A stretch of DNA of 64,000 nt from a virus. Positions 59,343 to 64,000 of this stretch are shown in pieces. Positions within the stretch are counted from its first letter, which is position 1. Each line of letters starts with the position of its first letter. Under the pieces are notes generated by a model. It ran no database searches and was not told the origin of the DNA. It worked only from the letters and a program-made list of their open reading frames with translations. The DNA lies in IMG/VR virus record IMGVR_UViG_3300023174_000064, positions 1 to 64,000 of that record; one strand, written 5' to 3'. The position numbers and the translations under genes were made by a program.

Positions 59343-60181
59343 TGATTTACTCTTTTTAAAATTTGATGACATACTGCATCTAATGTAAAATATTCAGGAT
59401 AAACTTGTTTTATCCGGTTTAACATGTTGTTGTGCTTTTCGTCTGAAATAGACTGTAATATGTTTTTTAAATTGCATATTTGGTTTTGTTTTATTATTAC
59501 ACAAAATTCAGACCAATCCAATTCATCAGACCAAGGAAGGTAGTGATCGTCACTTACATATACAGGAACTGCTCCTATTTGCATTGTTTCATATAATCTA
59601 AAACTACTTTTACCGTATCCTCTGGGGCATAATACAAATTTACTTCTGTTTGTTACATCTATAAAATGGTTTAGTTTATCTTCCGATACTGTTATATCCC
59701 AACCACCTTGTGTGAATAAAAAATCACTGTCTTGTTTGAACGTATTATATAATTCGTTTCGTATTCCATGCGTGGCAGAACCAACAAAAGAACAAAATAT
59801 GTCTTTTGTTTTTGGTTCTGGAACACGAATAGCAGAGCATATTAATGGAATAGGAATACAATTTGGTCCAGAATAATTTCCACCAGCAGAAAATACTTTG
59901 GTGTTTGGTGGTAATTTTTGAGCTGGAGCATCATCGTGTTGACTAACAGTATAGTAAGACAATTCAGGATTTAATGAATTTAAAAATGCTTGTAAGATAT
60001 TCCAAGGCATTCCGTTATTATAATAAGAAGTCCATAAAACTGGAATAAAAAATTTCTTAGTGTTTGGTTGATTTTTTATCAAAAACTCCATAAAATAATC
60101 TTCCAAATATAATCCTTGATGGTAAGGAGGATATGTTGGATAATTTGGTTTAGGTGCAAAAAAATCCAAAGTTATGTTCAT
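59339..60181 (-). CDS. Exostosin (GT47)-like glycosyltransferase
   Basis: SFVGS.TH.IR, KFVLCPRGYG.SSFRLYE...GAVPV. Confidence 0.85.
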   Translation of the reverse strand: MNITLDFFAPKPNYPTYPPYHQGLYLEDYFMEFLIKNQPNTKKFFIPVLWTSYYNNGMPWNILQAFLNSLNPELSYYTVSQHDDAPAQKLPPNTKVFSAGGNYSGPNCIPIPLICSAIRVPEPKTKDIFCSFVGSATHGIRNELYNTFKQDSDFLFTQGGWDITVSEDKLNHFIDVTNRSKFVLCPRGYGKSSFRLYETMQIGAVPVYVSDDHYLPWSDELDWSEFCVIIKQNQICNLKNILQSISDEKHNNMLNRIKQVYPEYFTLDAVCHQILKRVNQ

Positions 60182-60876
60182 GAACAAGTTCCTTTTTTAA
60201 ATTGTTCTCTATGATATGGATTTAATTGATAATCATTTCCGTTTTCATCAATACCAAAAGGTTCACCTATAAAATAATTATGTGGATCTTGTTCTCTTGA
60301 CATAGAAATAGGATGACCGCCAAGACGAGTACAGGTATCATGTATGTACACGTTTGTTTCTGGATTTAATAATGGACAAACATAAGACCATAAAAATTGT
60401 TGATCTACATTCTTGATATCGTTAAATATTGGTGTGGTTTCATAATGTTTTATCATTTCATTTATTGGTAATTTTACATTTTTAGCTCCCCAAGCTCCAC
60501 CCAACATAGGAACATCGTGACAGGGATGATCTCGTATTATATGAAACGATCTATTACTATTCAACCATTCATTTACGGCATATACTTCTCTTGGTCCGAT
60601 TCTAGAATCTGTATCTCTTGATAAAAATATGTTAATATCTTCTTGTAGTGGTAAGAATCTATAAGTCATTATATGTGAAGATCCTGGTCTATCTAAAACA
60701 ACAACTTCAGAATGTTTTTTTAATAAATTAATTTTTGATTCGTTAAAATCATTAGAAACATAAAATCTACAAATAAATCCTGGATAATAACGAGCAACCA
60801 GATCTATATTTTTCAATGCACCTTTAAAATAAAGATCATTTTCTCCCCAAAGACAATAACTTACAATATTTTTCAT
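60178..60876 (-). CDS. GT-A-like protein, paralog of 58512-59342
   Basis: KNIVSYCLWG, SRDTDSR, FHIIRDHP.H, GGAWG, DQQFL. Confidence 0.7.
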   Translation of the reverse strand: MKNIVSYCLWGENDLYFKGALKNIDLVARYYPGFICRFYVSNDFNESKINLLKKHSEVVVLDRPGSSHIMTYRFLPLQEDINIFLSRDTDSRIGPREVYAVNEWLNSNRSFHIIRDHPCHDVPMLGGAWGAKNVKLPINEMIKHYETTPIFNDIKNVDQQFLWSYVCPLLNPETNVYIHDTCTRLGGHPISMSREQDPHNYFIGEPFGIDENGNDYQLNPYHREQFKKGTCS

Positions 60877-62372
60877 CGTTGTGTTTCGGTTATTTCTGGA
60901 TCGTAAAGATAATGATATAATATCTGTTCGATATTTGATTCTGTTTTAATTAATCCAGATTTAAACAATTTATCAGAATAATCACTATCTTCTGATAAAT
61001 TTATTTCTGGAAACATTATTTCTCTTGCCATACTAGTTTTTACTGGATTTAAATGATTTATAGGTCTGTATTGAATACCATCTTTTCTAAAATTACCACC
61101 ATTTTTATTGGCATGGCTGAATTGCATAACTAGTTGATTTTGAATATAATAATTACCATAAAATCCAACACAATCCACACCTTTTTCTAATTCTGGTAAA
61201 ATAGCAGTAAAATAATTATGACTAACCATATCATCATCGTCTATAAAGCAAACATATTTTCCTCTTGCTGTCATCAATACTTCATTTCTTTTTTCGCCTA
61301 CTTTTTTTTGTTTTTTATCTTTATTAACAAATATTTCTATTTTATGTGCTTGATCTGCAGGAATTATTTGTTTTAAATGATTTAAAAGTCTTGTTAAAAA
61401 ATGCTCTCTTCCTTCTATAGTAAGAATACCAACAGTCAATAATGTATCAGATACATTTATTTTTTGTTTGATTGTTTGTTCAACTCGTTTAGAAAAACTC
61501 TGTGCGTATTCTTTTGCCTTTTCAAAATTGTCCTCTATTTTAAATTTTAATTTTTTGTAAGTGGTTTCATCAATATTATTAACAATATGGACAAGCTCTT
61601 CTATTGAATTAAAAGTAAATAAACCACCAGTATCAAAATATTCTCCAATATTAGGACAACCAAAATATATTGGGATTGTTTTTGTGATTAAACAATCTAT
61701 TAATTTTTCAGAAAAATAATTTGGTTGAATACAGTTTTCCACAATAATAGAAAATTGTGAATAAAATAAATTATCCTTTTCTCCATTAGGAATATGACCA
61801 TCATGAAGAGTATCAGAGAATCCATTTACGTTAGTTGGAGATCTAGCACTAGACCAAAATACCGTAGGTTTATTTAAATTATTTTTATTGTTCCAGATGT
61901 CTCGACGCATCTCATAGCCAATCATACCACGATGTCCTGTAGCCATGAAGGATATTTGATATTTTTTATCTTTGTATTTTTCTTCTAAACCTTCTTCATA
62001 AACGCCTAAAGAATCTGGATGTTGTAATTCTATTTTATTTAACCAAGTACCACCGTAAAGAAATAAAGTAGAATTATCACAACTATTAAGTATTTCTTCA
62101 TCTGTACACATAATAAGATCATATTCGGATGCATGATCTATGATATCATTGATTCGTTCTTTATTTGGCGAACAAACAGGTTCGCTGGTTACAATTAAAA
62201 CTTTATATGCATTTAAATTTTTAAAAGGAACTTTATATCCTTGAGTGTTTGGAAAACGATATAAAGGAAATTTATTATTACCAAAACGAGCAGTATGTAT
62301 TTCTACTGGTCGATCAAAATCCATTAGATCCGAGCCTAACAGATAATCTGCATTAAAAATTGTTGGTTTCAT
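60873..62372 (-). CDS. GT10-like + GT2 fusion glycosyltransferase
   Basis: FSIIVEN..NYFSEKLIDC...TIPIYFG (GT10) then GEKRN...YVCFIDDDD (GT2). Confidence 0.8.
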   Translation of the reverse strand: MKPTIFNADYLLGSDLMDFDRPVEIHTARFGNNKFPLYRFPNTQGYKVPFKNLNAYKVLIVTSEPVCSPNKERINDIIDHASEYDLIMCTDEEILNSCDNSTLFLYGGTWLNKIELQHPDSLGVYEEGLEEKYKDKKYQISFMATGHRGMIGYEMRRDIWNNKNNLNKPTVFWSSARSPTNVNGFSDTLHDGHIPNGEKDNLFYSQFSIIVENCIQPNYFSEKLIDCLITKTIPIYFGCPNIGEYFDTGGLFTFNSIEELVHIVNNIDETTYKKLKFKIEDNFEKAKEYAQSFSKRVEQTIKQKINVSDTLLTVGILTIEGREHFLTRLLNHLKQIIPADQAHKIEIFVNKDKKQKKVGEKRNEVLMTARGKYVCFIDDDDMVSHNYFTAILPELEKGVDCVGFYGNYYIQNQLVMQFSHANKNGGNFRKDGIQYRPINHLNPVKTSMAREIMFPEINLSEDSDYSDKLFKSGLIKTESNIEQILYHYLYDPEITETQR

Positions 62373-63231
62373 TATTAATCATCTCAAAAAGATCATCGTC
62401 TGCTAATTTTAATTTATTAAGAGCTTTGTAATTGTGCTCTATCGCTTTGCTTTTATTTATGTAGGTTTCTTCGTTTAAAGAATCAAATATTTTTTTTTCT
62501 TTATCTAATTCTAACCAAATAATTCCTTCTGGATCAAAAATATCAGGAAGTTTTTTAGTTCCACAATATACAGGAATTGTTCCTGTAGCAAAACAGTCTG
62601 TTAATTTTTCTGTGTAATAAGAATCGTATATACCATTCTCAACAACTACACTAAACATATAATCCTTTAAACCATCAATTTTAGTGTTCCAAGGATTTCT
62701 AGGATCATTTACTGTTCTGCTGGTTCCATGAGCTCCTCCAAATACATCAAAACCACAATCTAATGCTATTCGAGCAATTTGATGCCGATATACGTGGCCT
62801 TCTGTTAGTTTTTTGGGAGAGCAAAACATAGAGCATTGTTTTTTCTTGGGATAAACACTCCATTTATCTTTTGGAATCCACGGATAATTGCTACCATTTT
62901 GGCAATAAACAAAATTTGGATGTAACTGTAGAAGAGCACTGTCACAAGTAAAAATTTTATTATAATAACTATTAAACAATACTTTATAATTGTTTATTAA
63001 AAAATCATAAACATTTGGAACTATAAATCTAGATTCGCATATCCAACCAAATCTTTTTTCTTTGGGTTTAGAAAAATCTGGATTTATTAACAGACCTAAA
63101 TCTAAATGAACATCACAAATACCTTCAGTGTTTGACCAATCGAACTTATTTGGTTTTATGTTTGAACAAGAAGAATATTGTGGTTCGAATGGTAAAGCAA
63201 TACCTTTTACTTTGTACCGGGACTCTGCCAT
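62353..63231 (-). CDS. GT10 (fucosyltransferase)-like glycosyltransferase
   Basis: YMFSVVVEN..YYTEKLTDCFATGTIPVY.G. Confidence 0.8.
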   Translation of the reverse strand: MAESRYKVKGIALPFEPQYSSCSNIKPNKFDWSNTEGICDVHLDLGLLINPDFSKPKEKRFGWICESRFIVPNVYDFLINNYKVLFNSYYNKIFTCDSALLQLHPNFVYCQNGSNYPWIPKDKWSVYPKKKQCSMFCSPKKLTEGHVYRHQIARIALDCGFDVFGGAHGTSRTVNDPRNPWNTKIDGLKDYMFSVVVENGIYDSYYTEKLTDCFATGTIPVYCGTKKLPDIFDPEGIIWLELDKEKKIFDSLNEETYINKSKAIEHNYKALNKLKLADDDLFEMINNETNNF

Positions 63232-63845
63232 GCTATTAAATCCTCACTCATTCCTAATTTTTTAAGTGCTTCTTTTTTAGAATCTACGTCAGCCAATCCC
63301 ATTACTATTACACTAGCATCGTTTTCTTGACCGGGCCAAACACAATATTCTGGTCCTATAAATTTTATTTTAAATCCATCTTTTTGATAAAAAGAATGCA
63401 AAATGCCAATAAGAGCTTCATGATCAAACCATTGACCATTATTTGCCATTTGCCTTGCCATAAATGTCCAATGTTGAAGAAATTCTAATACTTTAGAATT
63501 AAAATCCAAATAAATTGGAGATGCTTTTGCTGCTTGTAATTTATTTGTTGAGCAAGACACAGCTACATCAGTATTACCTACAAACTGGTCAAATACATCT
63601 AATGATTTGCGAACATCAGAATCAATATCTAACCAAACAACTGGTTTTTGTTTTTCTATTAATAATTGGTATATGAACTGAGGCTTACTTAGACAATTTT
63701 TTTGATATGTTCCTAATGATTGTTTTTTTCTAATATCATGAGGAATATTCAATTCTCTTAGTTGTTTTGTAAGACGATGAGAATGGTCACTATAATACGT
63801 TTTATTGTCTATATCACTAAAAAAAGAAATCACTTCGGTTTGCAT
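63207..63845 (-). CDS. GT-A fold DXD glycosyltransferase-like protein
   Basis: NCLSKPQFI, VVWLDIDS, FDHE; CTAAATA late promoter inside regA 3' end. Confidence 0.65.
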   Translation of the reverse strand: MQTEVISFFSDIDNKTYYSDHSHRLTKQLRELNIPHDIRKKQSLGTYQKNCLSKPQFIYQLLIEKQKPVVWLDIDSDVRKSLDVFDQFVGNTDVAVSCSTNKLQAAKASPIYLDFNSKVLEFLQHWTFMARQMANNGQWFDHEALIGILHSFYQKDGFKIKFIGPEYCVWPGQENDASVIVMGLADVDSKKEALKKLGMSEDLIAWQSPGTK

Positions 63846-63847
63846 AA

Positions 63848-64000
63848 TTAAGAGTTTCCTATATGGTATTTAGGCACCAGTTGCCATTCTTTCTTTTCTT
63901 TATGGGGAATAATTTTTAGTTGAGCCAAAGAAATAATTGGTTCTTTGTACTCGTCTGGATCCACAGCTTCTACTAGTCCCCATTCTACCAGAAGCTTTAC
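63848..64000 (-). CDS. regA: RegA translational repressor, C-terminal part (truncated by window)
   Basis: VKLLVEWGLVE...LAQLKIIPHKEKKEWQLVPKYHIG*. Confidence 0.9.
   Translation of the reverse strand, partial: VKLLVEWGLVEAVDPDEYKEPIISLAQLKIIPHKEKKEWQLVPKYHIGNS

Overview
Fragment of a large T4-like (Tevenvirinae/cyanophage-type) myovirus genome, standard genetic code, with five compositionally distinct blocks. (1) 1-4.5 kb: GC-rich early genes with sigma70 promoters (CobT-like peptidase-vWA protein, HEXXH protein, HNH-like endonuclease), followed by an FmdB zinc-ribbon gene embedded in iteron-like repeats. (2) 4.7-22 kb: AT-rich late genes, mostly putative head-internal proteins with (L/I/V/M)-x-E prohead-protease-type sites, plus a Cas4-like exonuclease, RuvC, a trypsin lipoprotein, holin/spanin-like membrane genes and a stand-alone structured late ncRNA (5660-5789). 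(3) 22.1-32.2 kb, minus strand: replication/nucleotide operon (dut, DUF1599, gp43, uvsX, gp41, gp61, thyX, nrdJ). (4) 32.3-48.7 kb: tail-fibre/tailspike/depolymerase genes. (5) 48.8-63.8 kb: an 18-gene glycan synthesis cluster directly downstream of regA. Best candidate for an undescribed system: exterior virion proteins are strongly enriched in a G-(hydrophobic)-T tripeptide that is nearly absent from the enzymes checked, and they sit next to a GT2-TPR-led glycosylation cluster. This suggests a phage-encoded, sequon-directed virion O-glycosylation system (inference, untested). Other leads: the three-way-junction/kissing-loop late RNA, pervasive leaderless transcripts and promoter-specific operator/iteron arrays. 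All calls come from motif recognition by eye; no searches were run and counts are hand counts.
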